This document shows positions 36,012 through 48,615 of a DNA stretch of 55,379 nucleotides, one piece after another. This stretch comes from Nemertoderma westbladi (taxonomy: Eukaryota; Animalia; Xenacoelomorpha), in assembly GCA_032718475.1 (NCBI GenBank), contig JAUCBJ010005274.1:1-55379 (forward strand), given 5' to 3'. The notes beneath the pieces were generated by a model that ran no database searches, was not told the origin of the DNA, and saw only the letters and a list, made by a program, of their open reading frames with translations. The position numbers and the translations under genes are program-made. Position 1 is the stretch's first letter; every line of letters begins with the position of its first letter.

Positions 36012-39000
36012 CTAAGCTGGGGAGTCCCTAGATGTTTGTTGGATTAGGGAGGTGGTTGTGGGAAGAGTATCTTGTCTTCCATAGTTTCCGGAGAGTTCTC
36101 TGTCTCTTTCCAGTAAACATAAGCGACCAACTGGGCGATTGAGCTGCTGTGTCTCGAAGACAATTCCCGGTTTCTTGAAGTTGCGTCGCATGACGACGAG
36201 TAGTTCTACCGATCGCACCAAACCGTCATCCGAGATGTGAGTCTCGATGATACGACCTGTCTGCCACCGCTTATGTGGAAGATCTACATCCACAATAAGA
36301 ACCATGTCTCCAGCGCTGACGTTTTCTTGCTGCGCAAACCACTTAGTTCAAAGTTGTAGCGTGGGCAGATAATGTTTTTCGAAATGGTCAGCGAAACGAC
36401 GGGATAACAACTGCATGAGTTGCCAAGTTTGCCGGCAGTATTCGTCTCCGTCTGTGATTTCCGATTGTGGGAGCATGGCTACAGGTTTCTTCAGTAGGAA
36501 GTGCGCGGGTGTTAGCGCTTCCAGGGAATCGGGACTCGATGAGACTGGCATAAGCGGTCTCTCGTTGAGATAGGCGGCGATTTCCTCCATTAACGTCCGC
36601 AAAAGTTCGTCGGTGAGATACGCGCGGCAAGGCACTATAAAGTGAAATGCTGTCTTCACACTTCTTATTAATCTCTCCCAACTTCCTCCCCACCAAGGGG
36701 CGTCGGCGGCGTTGAAGGTCCAGCTAGACGCTGTTACTCGTAGCTGATCGTCCACCTGTCTTTGGTTCCAATCTTTGACGTAAGCTTTGATTTCATTGTT
36801 GGCACCAATGAAGTTTGTTCCCTTATCAGATCTCATCGTGTTACTAGTGCCAAAGCGAGCGATCTGTCGTCGTAAGCTTAATAGAAAGCTGTTGGTAGAT
36901 AAATCGTTCACCATATCGAGATGGATAGCTCTACAAGTCATACAAACAAAGATGACACACCATCTCTTGACTATAGTCCTAGCACGATATACTTCAATAG
37001 GGCCAAATAAATCTACACCGGTATTAGTAAAGGGTGGTTCATAGAAGCTTACTCGTTCCCTAGGTAATTCTGCCTCTCTCTGTGTTAAAGGCCTACTGAA
37101 TGCTTTCCTACAGGGTATGCAGTTCCTAAGAACTTGGTTCAGAGCTCTACGGGGTTTATAAAAATAATAGCGAGTTCGAATTTCGCTAAGAACTCGTTCT
37201 CTACCAGCATGATAAAGTTTGCTGTGAACATCTACAATCATCTTGACTTGTATCTCAAGATTTCTAATGAGTATGGGAAACTTAGTGTCAAAGGATAATG
37301 GAGCATTCGTTAATCTTCCTCCAACACGTATCAACCCATCTATCATTGTGCTAGAGAAATGATCCCTTAAGCGCATCTGTGGATTTCTCAACAACAGAAA
37401 ATACTTATCGGAATCCTCATAGCATTGCAGGAGTCTCAGCATCTGCTTGTTGGTTTCTTCATGCTCCTGATAACTGATCTTCTCCTTCAGAAACCTGTCG
37501 GATATCTTATATTTGGGAAGATCTTTAATAACATGGACCTGCACCGATGTTATTGGAGTGGTATCACTTTTGGTCTTCATCCCGGAGTAGTGATGGTGAA
37601 AACATCTTTTTAAATATGTAACGGCCTTACAGAGCCGATTCCAGGAACTGTAGTGATGTATCGCTCTCTGCAGGAGAGGTGAGAGTCCTTGCGAGACGTC
37701 TGGTATTCCAGATTTCCAATCCTTCTCACGGATTTCCACAACAAGTTTATTTGTGGCTGTGGGTTTCTGATCCAAAGCGTCGTCTCCGGAAGTATGTAGT
37801 ACAGACAGATCTACCATGGGTTTGAATAACTTCGATTTACACGCCCAAGTTTTAGGTTTGACTTTCTCTGCTCCCTTGGCCTGTCTAATCTCTGTGGTAG
37901 TAAGATGAGGAGGCCATTCTTCTTCTTCTTTGTAGAGGAAGTCGGGTCCACCTAACCAGTCTGGAGTATCTACCAGTTCTTGTGGAGTTGCTCCCCTGGA
38001 GGCGATGTCTGCTGGATTAATCGTTCCGGGGCAATGTCTCCATTGATCCATCGTCGTGCGACTAAGTATAATGGCTACTCTGTTGGTAACGAAGACGCTG
38101 AACTGACAGACTTCATTGGTTATATACTCCAACACGAGTAAAACGTCGGTCCAATAGACAGTTTTCTCCAGTGGATAGTCGATCTGTTCTGTTACATTCC
38201 GGCCGATGGCTGTAGCGGTATAGAGCCGCTTTTAACTCCGCTCGAGGAACTTTCAACTTATTGTTTATCAATGCCTTAGAGGTAACCAAGGCGACTTTGA
38301 TTCCGTCCGGAGTTTCCACCCTTAGGTAGGCTACTATACCTATTCCCATATCGCTGGCGTCTCCAAACACATGGAGTTGATAGGAATACGTAGGGAGAAC
38401 ATGACCAAAATATGAACGGGAAATTATAAAGTTCTCGATGGCTGGTAGAGAATCTTCCCATTTCAACCACTTCTTTAATAATTCTCCCTTAAGTGGATCG
38501 TCCCATGAGTGGTTTTCAAGCCACATTTGTTGTACTAAACTCTGAGCAATCAATATAACTGGGCTAATAATTCCCAATGGATCGAAATAAGTGCTCAGGA
38601 TACTTAAACAAATCCGTTTAGTCCGAACTGGATTATCTCGCTGTTTTAGTTGGAAAAACAGGATATCTCTTTCTGTGTCCCATTTCAAACCAAGGGTCTT
38701 AGTTTCTGGAAGATCATCTTTTAGTAGATCTAGGTCTTTCGCTCCTCGATCTTCTACCGGGATCGACTCCAGAAACTCATGGGAGTTGCTGGTGAATTTA
38801 GTTAATCGAAATCCACCTCTTTTTAAGCACTCTACCGTTCCTTTAGCGGCGTCAATGGCTTCTTCGACTGATGGAAGGGACTTTAGATTATCGTCCATGT
38901 ATATATCCCGCTTGATGTTGTCAATCACCTCTTTAGAGAAGGCTTCTCGGTTGTCATCTGCAGTTGTGCGCACCACTGAACAGGCGTTTGAAGGGCTTGA

Positions 39001-40494
39001 GATTATCCCAAAAGCCTGGATGGTCATCCAGTACTCCACCGGTTTCTGGTTGAGGTCTCCTTCAGGCCACCACAGAAATCGTAGGCTATCTCGATCCCTA
39101 TCCAGCGCCTTGACTTGTAAGAACATGCCTTCTATATCTGAGGTGAAAGCAATTGAATATTGTCTTAATCTTAAGAGTATTCCCAACAAGGATTGGAGTA
39201 AGTTGGGTCCGGGTAACAATTCGGAATTAAGGGATTGGCCCATATAGAGGGCGGAGCCGTCAAACACCACTCGTACCTCATGGGGTTTACCGGGTTTGGG
39301 AATGTAATGGTGAGTTAAATAATACGTTCTCTCAGTTATAGGTGTTTCTTCCGGTACTAGCTCCGCATATCCCTTGCTAATAAATTTCTTCAACTGCGTT
39401 TGATACATTTCTTTAGCTGAAGAATTTGCCGTAAGGCGTCAATGTAGTTGAGCAATTCTTTTCTCCGCCAAGGGTCTGTTGTTTACGAACTTTGGTTCTC
39501 GCTTTCGGAAAGGTAGACCGATCTCATATCTACCTTGATCTTTAAGAAAACGTGTAGTTGTCTCTTGGATCTGCTTGGCTCTTTCTTCCTCTACCGATAG
39601 GGCCTTATCGTAGGAATTGGGCTCTACAGCCTCTTGAGTAAAGAATTGTACGGCGTGTTCATCCCGAGTCTTGGCATTATAACGTTCAATGACGTCATTA
39701 AGTTCGTCGTTATAGTCGTCTCGTTCTGATGGAAGAAGGAGCTGACATAAGTGCACTTGGTTTTGCCAAGTCTCGTTTTCCTTAAGGAGATCTATGGTAT
39801 TCTCCTCATCAAAAAGTTGGTGGACATCGTCATTATCTGAGGAGTATGGTGTTCCCTCAGTTGGATCGTCTAACTCACTGCTCTCGACTTCCCATTCTCT
39901 TACCTGATATACCTGGTCTTTCGGTAATCTTTCCATGAGAGTTCTACGGGAAGGGCCAGTAAAGTACCAACCCACTCTAGTTCTTCCCGCATAAGCTTGT
40001 AGTGGTTGCGGTTGAGCAGGCCGTTTCTCCAATGTCTCGAGCGCTTCATGCGCGTTTTGACCGATGAGTATTTGCACTCCAGGGTAATCGGTGTTGAATC
40101 TAGGTATTTCAAGCTGCTGGGTGAAATCGTCCTCATCCCAATTATAAGGTTCCACTTGGGTGGTAGCGAAGTTCTTTATCGCCACCATTTTTACTGACCT
40201 TATACTATGTTTTCCTAGTTCATCCTGGGGGGTGGACAACGCGCCTACATAATAATCCGCTATTACGGTAGATTTCCAAACCTGCATAATTCCTGACATG
40301 TTTAGCTTAGTTCGGAACTTGGGTTGTCCAGCAAAGATGTCTTCGGCTAGTTCTTTGTCGATGAATGTTCCTGTGCTACCGGAGTCAAGGAGGGCGTTCA
40401 CTATATAACTCCTTTTAGGTCCGTGGACCCTTAACTGTACTACAGGAAATTCTCGGATTCCTACATTGGAAGTTGGCACTTTCCAAGATGGTTG
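36012..40494 (-). pseudogene. pol: A2 pol: protease, RT, RNase H, integrase (stops at 39439 and 36348, frameshift at ~38200)
   Basis: ALLDSGS; YLTHH..VRVVFDGS, SDIEGMFLQ, YMDD; VFGDAS; H..H..CIPC, GVDLFGP, SDKGTNF, WWGGSWERL. Confidence 0.92.
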
Positions 40495-43400
40495 TCAATC
40501 AGAAGTAGTTAGGGGGAGCTCACTGTCGGTTTCCTTCTCATACGTAAGTGCTCGATACACTGCGGTATTTATTAAGTAACAGGATTCGTTTTCGTCTGAG
40601 AATTCGTCCGTATAGAATCCTTCCATTTCAGAACTTTGGTCGGAGAATTCGTCCGTATAGAATCCTTCCATCTCAGAACTTTGGTCAGTGTCGTTCACAT
40701 CACTGAATTGGACATGTAGTTCGGACTCACTTGCCTGACTCGGGCTGTTTCTTTCGAATTCGGTGTGCAACAAAATATGATGTTTCGCGCCGCACTTCGC
40801 ACACCTTGCGTCGGAGTAACAGGTTCGCCGTTGGTGTCCTCGTCTGAGACAATTATAACACAACCGCTTATCCCACATGACTTCACGTCTATCCTTTAAT
40901 GATTTCTTTAGGAATTCATTACACACATTTAAACGGTGGGGCCCGTCGCACAACACACATTTGGGCTTGATGTTACTTACTTTAACATGTGCTGTGTGGT
41001 GCACGCTCGTTCTTTCCTCGGGATTTCTTACATGAATTCTCTTAGGAGACGTAGGAGGAGTTTTTCTTACCTGTTCTCTCCTGTCATTGGTTCGAGACTT
41101 GAATTTACTTACGTCCTTTAGGGTTTTATTGTCATAGTAAGATCTTTCAGTATCTTTCCCGCTGTCTTCTTCTTGAGAAGCCTGGCTTTCGCCCTCGTCG
41201 GTATAACACACTGGTATTATTTTTCTCCTAGAAACGGGTTTTTCACTCACCTTGTTCTCCAGGGTCTTCTCTCAGGACTGCTTTAGGAGCTGTAATTTTA
41301 CCTCTCCATCCAAGAATGACATGAGATCAGCCATGGTAGGGTCTCGTCGTTGTTGTTCCATCATATATAACACTTTCTTGTCCCAGCGTGTACCTACTCC
41401 ACCCTTGGGCAAAGTAGATGCTAAGGCTCCTACAACCATAGAATTATGGTATTCATGAGACTTACCTAACCAATCTAGTTGTCTACAGATCTCTTGAATC
41501 TCGTCGGAAAACTCTATAATCCCGCTGCTAAGAAACTTTCGGGGCGCCATTAATTTCGCATACAAATACCTAGCTATGTTATTCCTATTACCATACCTGA
41601 TGTTTAATGTATCCCAAACTTGTCTTAATCCATCTGGATGTCCAATAAACTTTAACGCCATTAACTTGGGAGATCCTTCCAAGCACTCGATGAGGAATCT
41701 AAGCTTTTCTCCGTTAGATAACACGGAGTTCTGTATGTTATCTTTGTAATATTCATTAAAAGGTAACCATTTCATCTCATCTCCATTGAATTTGACGATC
41801 TCTCCCATCTTTACCGCTTGACGGGCTTCGGTTCTAGCCATTTGACGCGTAAAACTTTCTTGGGCCATCGTATTATTTAATATCGAGTTATCAGTATATA
41901 AATTTCTCGGATTATTATCAAGTCTATATGGAATATCACTGTCAACAGGTTTATAATTACCCTTAATAGGGTTTACTATAGGAGTTTCTACTTCACTAGC
42001 AGTATAGATGCGTATAGGCTCCACACCTTGCGCATGAAATACTTCAGACCTAACAGGTTGACACATTGTTACAGAGGGTGGTGGTATACCCTTTTGTAAA
42101 TTTACTAACTTATCGCGTTCTGACGCGATACTCTGCTGCACTTCTTGCAACGCTAACCTACCCTCTCTTACTGCTCCCTTTAACTGCTGAACAGTCCCTT
42201 CCAACTCCCGGACCTGCCGGGAGGAACATTTACAATGTTCCCTCAGCTGCCCGACCAGGAGACCCATCTCCCGTCGTCCCTCAGCTACCCACTCGACCGC
42301 CGAAGCGGGAGTCGCCAACGTAGTAGCGGGCAAGCGAGAGACGACGGGCGATAAATTCTTGATATCTCGCTCGGCGTCCAGGATGGGTTCGGACTCGGGA
42401 ACAGTCCTACTGGGCACAGGTAGTTTCGTGCTGTGTAAAGGGAATTTAGAGGTAGGTTCTGGGAGTACAGGTGTCTCTATCACCAAAAGGGTGGCTTCAA
42501 AGAACAGGCCTAATTATTTCAGGCTCATCTACTATAGTAGGGAGTCTTTCTACTGTAATAATTTGGTCTGTGGGTTCTGTACTACCTAAGTCTGTGCTAG
42601 CTAGTTGCCTTCTCCCAGCTGGGAGCAGATTAGGCAATTTCTGACGGTGAGGCATTCTTCTACGTCTGTTGGAACGAGATCTATTTCCTCCGCCTTCAGG
42701 ATCAGTGGTATCGCCTTCATCAGATGACGTAACACTTGCGTCCTTCTTCTGAGGTTTCTCTGCCGTCGCTTCGCTTTCCACTTGAGAAAAGACAGCGTCT
42801 GTTGATTCTCCTTGGGTCATGTGCTCGGTTAGCAGAGCTTTCCATTGAGTCGTTTCTTGGACTTTAAGACTCACTCGCCAGAACCAAGTCTTTACGGCGA
42901 CCCACAACGACGTATCTTGGCTTATCCTTGAGACTTTCTTATAGGCTGAAAGAATTAGTCTGATCCACAGAACTCGTTCGCGAACTTGATAAAGCAGCTC
43001 TTCCTGCTCCCGAGGTCCGTGAGGCAGCTGAAACAGCTGCTCCGCCAATCGCCCCAGAGAGCTGAAGAATCTCTGTACATATCCTGCTGCCGACCCCTTC
43101 CACCTAGCCGAATCCCTAGTGTACCATACCACTCCCATCCTGTATAAGTCCTCCCAGCCAGCTTCCGATAAGTTAAACGGGAGTCCGGGTCCGGGGAAAT
43201 TCCATTGCGTCTCGACAATAGACTTCAGTTCCTCCTTCGTGTATCCCGCATAACTGACCTTGGTCGATCGCTTACTTCTCGCCCAATCGATTTGGTGTTC
43301 CTCCACCGCAATCAATACCCTTTTGAGTACGGCTACAGAATGGATGAGAAGGGGATCCGAATAAACCGCATCTGCCATCTTTGCTCCACGCTCGGGTGTC

Positions 43401-43522
43401 AGCTCTACAGTATCCGCACTACTGGAGCTGTCGGGCCGCTGAGAAATGAGTTCTCGGCTCGAGTGTTGCTGCTGTTCCGCTGCTTCTTGGTCCCGCTTGA
43501 CCTGAGCTCGAGTGCCTATGAT
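40495..43522 (-). pseudogene. gag: A2 gag, main part (frameshift at ~42490, stop at 41272)
   Basis: Homologous to A1 gag; triple knuckle; stop at 41272 is AGA in A1; in-frame 45-nt duplication DQSSEMEGFYTDEFS x2. Confidence 0.85.
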
Positions 43523-44072
43523 TGTTAGCTTATCCAATTCCGCTAACATGAACCCACAAAGTAAGCCGTTGAGCAATATTGGGAGCACGAGGTTGATTAC
43601 CAATCAACCTCGTGTCAGCCCAGTAAACGGGGACAATAGGCCCCAAAGGAGACACACACAATAAGGGTCAGGGGCCAAACCCCTAACAGAGAGAGAACAA
43701 CAGGGGCAACGGGAAACACACCAGGGAAGGTGAAAGGGCGAGAAGTGGGATATTAGCCAATGGGGGGACAGCATCGACTAGGTACAGTAATATGGCCAAC
43801 TGTGCAGTACATATATTACCTGTTGGTGCTTCCCTATTCAGTTTAGTTTACTCAGTCAGATCAGTAGGGTGGAACGGGGACTTCTGTCACCGTCCGCTAC
43901 CGCCATCATACATATATTACCTGTAACCGTGTCATACTATACTGTGCTATATCAGACTATTATACCTTTATACATATTACCGAACATCAGAACTCTTTTA
44001 CCTTTCACACACGGCGGGGACGCGTGGATAGAAAACCCAACGGATAAACCGGGATCCGTAGATCCCGTCACA
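43523..44072 (+). repeat. 5' LTR of element D (550 bp)
   Basis: Direct repeat of 50124-50674. Confidence 0.95.
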
Positions 44073-44202
44073 GTGACAGAATCAGATCCACCCAGCTGCC
44101 CTGACAGTGATAGAATCCTAGCAGCTGCCCTAACAGTCTGACAGTGATAGAACTAGATCCAACCAACTGACAGACTGTGGCTGCCAGCCACCAAAGACGA
44201 AG

Positions 44203-45612
44203 ATGAGTCGAGAGAAAGGAACGACACCGCCGCGGACCCCGGACGACGATCTAACGATCCGCGAGGCCACGGCGAGACGATACGAACCCACGACGCCGGT
44301 CGATGCTACGCCGACCACGTCGACGCACGTTGACGCCACGTCGATAACGAGCGACCCGGCGAACCAAGATGTGGGGGGTCGTCTACAAAGAGAAATCGAG
44401 TCGGGAGGAGAAGAGGAAGACGAGTCGACGCGGAGCGAGGGTCGACGTACCGATGTCACCGGTCAGCCACAGGCCGAGGACGACGGACGGTCCACCGGAA
44501 CGGCGACGGTGGGGCCGTCGGTACGACGTCGGACCCGGAGAGATGGAGGAGAGGTCGGCGACGAGGACGTCGGGGTTTCTGATCGACTTCGACGGGCCTA
44601 CAACGCGACCCGGGAACTACTAAAGGAGGCCAAGGAGGGGGCGAGGATAGACGAGGTCAAGATGACAAAAGGACTAGGTGAGTCGAACAGATACTTTGAT
44701 CACCTAGTGTGTTCTGGGCAGAGAGAACTAGCCGAGGAGAGAGCGAGGGGGGTTGCCAACGAACTGATTGAACTATGGGAATGTGGGGGTATGGAACCTA
44801 GCGTAGTGTACGTAGGGCCATACTTAGTCGATGCCTGGGGAGTAAAATTAGTGGGTTGGAGGAGACCTGAGGAGGGCGAATCCGAGGTTAAACCCGAGGA
44901 TTCGGTCTCGTCGGTCGGAGGAAGTTCCGGGAGGCGGGGGAAAGTTAATAGGACGGAGGGGCGGCGGGAGTCCGTCGCAACCGATAAGTCTGCTACATCC
45001 TCCGCAAAAGAAAGAAGGGTGCGGGAGATAAATCTGACGTATAAAATAGAAATGGCGGCGAATAAGCAGAATGGGTTAGAGAGACAATTGAGGGGTAAAA
45101 CCGCATACTTAGAGAAGTTAGGAGAGTTGGCGAGGGAGTATAGAAAGAGAGTCGAGGAGTGTATAGAGCGGGAGATGAGAGTAGGGGACGAGCCGGCGAT
45201 GTGGCTTGAGATAATTGCGAGAGTTGAGTTGTTCGAGCAGCGTAACCGAGAGAGAGAGATAGAGGCAGAGCGTGAGCGGGATGATTTGCGTGCCCAGCTA
45301 AGGGGGCTTGCGCAATATCAAGCCAAACTAGACCAGCGCCGACTAGAACTGGCGCGGTTGGAAATATCAGAGAGTGAGACCCCACTTACAAGCACCGGGC
45401 GAGAGAACCAGAACTGGTGTAGCCGTACGGGCGGGGGGGGGGGGGGTAGTAGTAGTACGTTAGAAATAGTTAATATTAATAGTACCGTAGTAAATAACCC
45501 TAATCCCTTTATTACAGGAAATAATATTTTACCTGGTAGTAGTAATTTAAATTTAAATTCAAATAATAAATTAATTCAATTCAAACCCGCAAATAATTCG
45601 AATAATATTTAA
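44203..45612 (+). CDS. Element D Gag-like protein, N-terminal region (coiled-coil); probably continued to ~47158 through frameshifts
   Basis: 469-aa ORF starting 130 nt after the LTR; VKPEDSVSSV..S-rich motif followed by a coiled-coil, as seen in BEL/Pao Gag N-termini; downstream ORFs break at G homopolymers. Confidence 0.55.
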   Translation: MSREKGTTPPRTPDDDLTIREATARRYEPTTPVDATPTTSTHVDATSITSDPANQDVGGRLQREIESGGEEEDESTRSEGRRTDVTGQPQAEDDGRSTGTATVGPSVRRRTRRDGGEVGDEDVGVSDRLRRAYNATRELLKEAKEGARIDEVKMTKGLGESNRYFDHLVCSGQRELAEERARGVANELIELWECGGMEPSVVYVGPYLVDAWGVKLVGWRRPEEGESEVKPEDSVSSVGGSSGRRGKVNRTEGRRESVATDKSATSSAKERRVREINLTYKIEMAANKQNGLERQLRGKTAYLEKLGELAREYRKRVEECIEREMRVGDEPAMWLEIIARVELFEQRNREREIEAERERDDLRAQLRGLAQYQAKLDQRRLELARLEISESETPLTSTGRENQNWCSRTGGGGGGSSSTLEIVNINSTVVNNPNPFITGNNILPGSSNLNLNSNNKLIQFKPANNSNNI

Positions 45613-45744
45613 GTTTGAAAATAATAATAATTCTAATTTAAATAATTTAAATCCCGTTTCAAATTCTAATAATTTAATTGATTTAACAAATAATATTGGG
45701 AATGGTGCTATTAATATGAGCGTGTCGGACGTACATAACCCGGC

Positions 45745-46320
45745 AGACGGGGGCCTGGTAGGCCACGTACTTAGTAGGCAGGAGGTGGCGGGGTTGAGCC
45801 AACCCGACGGCGGCCTGGTAGGCCACGTAGTTGGTAGGCAGGAGGTAGCGGGGTTGAGCCAACCCGAGGTGGGCCTGGTGGGCCACGCAGTAGTAGAGAG
45901 AGAGGCGGGGGTGAATAGACCCAGCCGTAGTAAAGACAGTGCGTCGACTAGAGAGGGGTGTAGAGACGAAGTAAGAGATAGTGAAGTTAGATGTGGCGAG
46001 TGGGGGGGGGGCTACGAGCGCCCCACCACATAAGATTAGTGGCGAGAGAGGGGGGGCAGAGAATGCCCCACAAGGGGGGTGTAGAGGTGTAGTAGGAGGT
46101 AGTGAAGTTAGAAGTAGGCGGTGGGGGGGGGGGGCTACAGGAGCCCCACCACGAAAGATTAGTGGCGAGAGAAGGGGGGTAGAGAATGTCCGACAAGAGG
46201 GACGCAGAAGTGTAGTAAGAGATAGTGAAGTTAGAAGTGGCGGGTGGGGGGGGCTACGGGCACCCCACCGCGAGAGATTAGTAGAGAGAGAGGGGGGGCA
46301 GAGAGTGTCCCACAGGCGTC
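45745..46320 (+). repeat. Tandem repeats in element D: ~60 bp x2.5, then ~120 bp x3
   Basis: ggcctggtaggccacgta..gcaggaggt..gggttgagccaacccga units; then agtgaagttaga..gggggggctac..cccacc..agattagt units. Confidence 0.8.
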
Positions 46321-48078
46321 GGCGGATAATGCGCGGGCCGAGCTAGGTAAACCGCAACACCCGGCGACGGAGAGTAATAAGGGGATTGCGAGTATCCCCA
46401 GCGGCGTGCGATCGAGCAGAGAGAGGCAGGTTGACGTCGCGAGAGGGCAGGCGAAGCGTCGAGCCCGATCAGAAGAGGGAAGAAGAACAGTGGAGTTTAA
46501 CCGGGAGGTCGACGAGAGATCTCATGAGCCGGAATACTGCACTGAAAAGAGAAGAAGAGGAGATAGTAGAAAAGGTGTCGCCACGAACGATAGGAGTGTG
46601 AGGACAGATAGCGGACCGTCGATAGTAGAGATGGAGTTAGGGAGTCAGTGGGGTCGAACTTCGGGAGATTGCCGTCGCCCCGGAGAAACGCACCGCACAC
46701 CAAGAGAGGGGTACAGGAGGTACCAATACAGAGTCGAGAACAGGAGAGGGGATCGGAGAGAAGCTTCCCGACGGGATATAGCTGCCGATCGAGAGTGCGG
46801 TAGTCGCGGGGAGATTCGAGATTCGCGAAGAATAAACTTCGGTTCGGAAGGGCACATGCAGACTGCAGGACATACTGTAGGCCTTACTGCACATACTGTT
46901 ATAGGCCATGCTGGGAGAGATAGAGTAGGCGATGGGGTAGCGCGAACGACGGGATTAAACCCGGAAGTCGCGGAGTACATACCGGTAGGTAGGCGAGAGG
47001 TGGGTAGGCCTATATCGGTACAGCAGCATGACTATAATACACAGGGACATAACATATATCCAGGGGAGGGGGGAGTTATTGGAGATAGATGTATGGTCCC
47101 CAATGTATTAACATCAACCCCAGTACCAAACATACCGGCCGGGGGGGGGACAGGGTGACATTCCCCCATCACAATATCGACAATATACCCCGATAGGAGC
47201 AAGAACATCGAACTCCCTGGACGAGAACAGGTCGTGCGGACAGTCACTACCACACGCGAGCTATACAGGGGACTGCTAGTCCACAGTTAGCTGGTAGCAG
47301 GGCCACACCGTGGCGGGGACAGGAAGAAAATAACACCAAAAATAAACACAATCCCAATATACCCAGTAGGCCGAGTCTAGACAATCGAAACATTAAATCG
47401 GTACATATAAACCTAAGCGCGATACGTGAAGGACTATACAGGAAACGCTATAATCCAGGATTCCAATGTCTATTACATCGGGACGGAACCCATAAGACCA
47501 GGAGTTGCAAGTACTGGCAAGCGTTGCCCAAACGAGATCGTGTAGCCTACACAGACGCAAACGGACTGTGTGGTAAAAGGACACAGATCCGGAGAGTGTT
47601 GGAAAGGGAGAGGATGTGAAAGGACTAGGGGCAGAGAAGCCCATGAGCAAACATAAAGGAGTCGGGAAAGTAGAAGGAGGCGTGTTGCATACACACGCAG
47701 GACTGACACAGTGCGAGGGGGCATTACATGGGCAGACACCGCGTATACCGAGGGACGAGCGGGGGTCGTCGAGGGCTTTAATGCCAACGCACATACGAAG
47801 GGGGAGGCTAGCGGAGGTAGTGTCGAAGAGAGTGTGGCGAAGAGTTAGAGGGCGTATAGGAGGGCAGCAGGAGAGTGCCTACTGGAAGAAGGGGCACGTG
47901 AGAGTTTTTAGTCGTCCAAAGTTTTGGACTGAGGGGGGTGGGAATGAGGGCGAGACGCCCTTCCCACGCATAAAATATAAAATAATTATTTAATTAAAAT
48001 TAATGAAAATAATTAAATAATAGAGTAGGTAGAAGTTAGGTAGTAAGAGTTAGTTAGTTAGCTAGTTAGTTAAAGGGT

Positions 48079-48615
48079 GGTACGTAGTACCGATAGTTAG
48101 TTAGAGGGTTAGAGGGTACGTAAGTACCGCTAGTTAGTTAGAGAGTTAGAGGGTACGTAAGTACCGCTAGTTAGTTAGAGTTAGAGGGTACGTAGTACCG
48201 CTAGTTAGTTAGAGAGTTAGAGGGTACGTAAGTACCGTTAGTCAGTTAGAGAGTTAGAGGGTACGTAAGTACTGCTAGTTAGTTAGAGTTAGAGGGTACG
48301 TAGTACCGCTAGTTAGTTAGAGAGTTAGAGGGTACGTAAGTACCGTTAGTCAGTTAGAGAGCTAGAGGGTACGTAAGTACCGCTAGTTAGTTAGAGAGTT
48401 AGAGGGTACGTAGTACCGCTAGTTGGTTAGAGAGTTAGAGGGTACGTAGTACCGCTAGTTAGTTGGAGAGTTAGAGGGTACGTAGTACCGCTAGTTAGTT
48501 AGAGAGTTAGAGGGTACGTATTTACCGCTAGTTAGTTAGAGAGTTAGAGGGTACGTAGTACCGCTAGCTAGTAGAGAGAGCTAGAGTAGTAAGAGGGTAC
48601 GTAGTACCGCTAGTT
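48079..48615 (+). repeat. Minisatellite, 15 units of ~34-37 bp, each with a GGTAC-GTA(A)-GTACC hairpin
   Basis: Unit agagggtacgta(a)gtaccgctagttagttagagagtt counted directly. Confidence 0.9.

Noticed and set aside
38591-39247. 218-aa antisense ORF and similar short antisense ORFs over gag, pol and the LINE
   Set aside because: Shadow frames of real coding sequence with no recognisable motifs.
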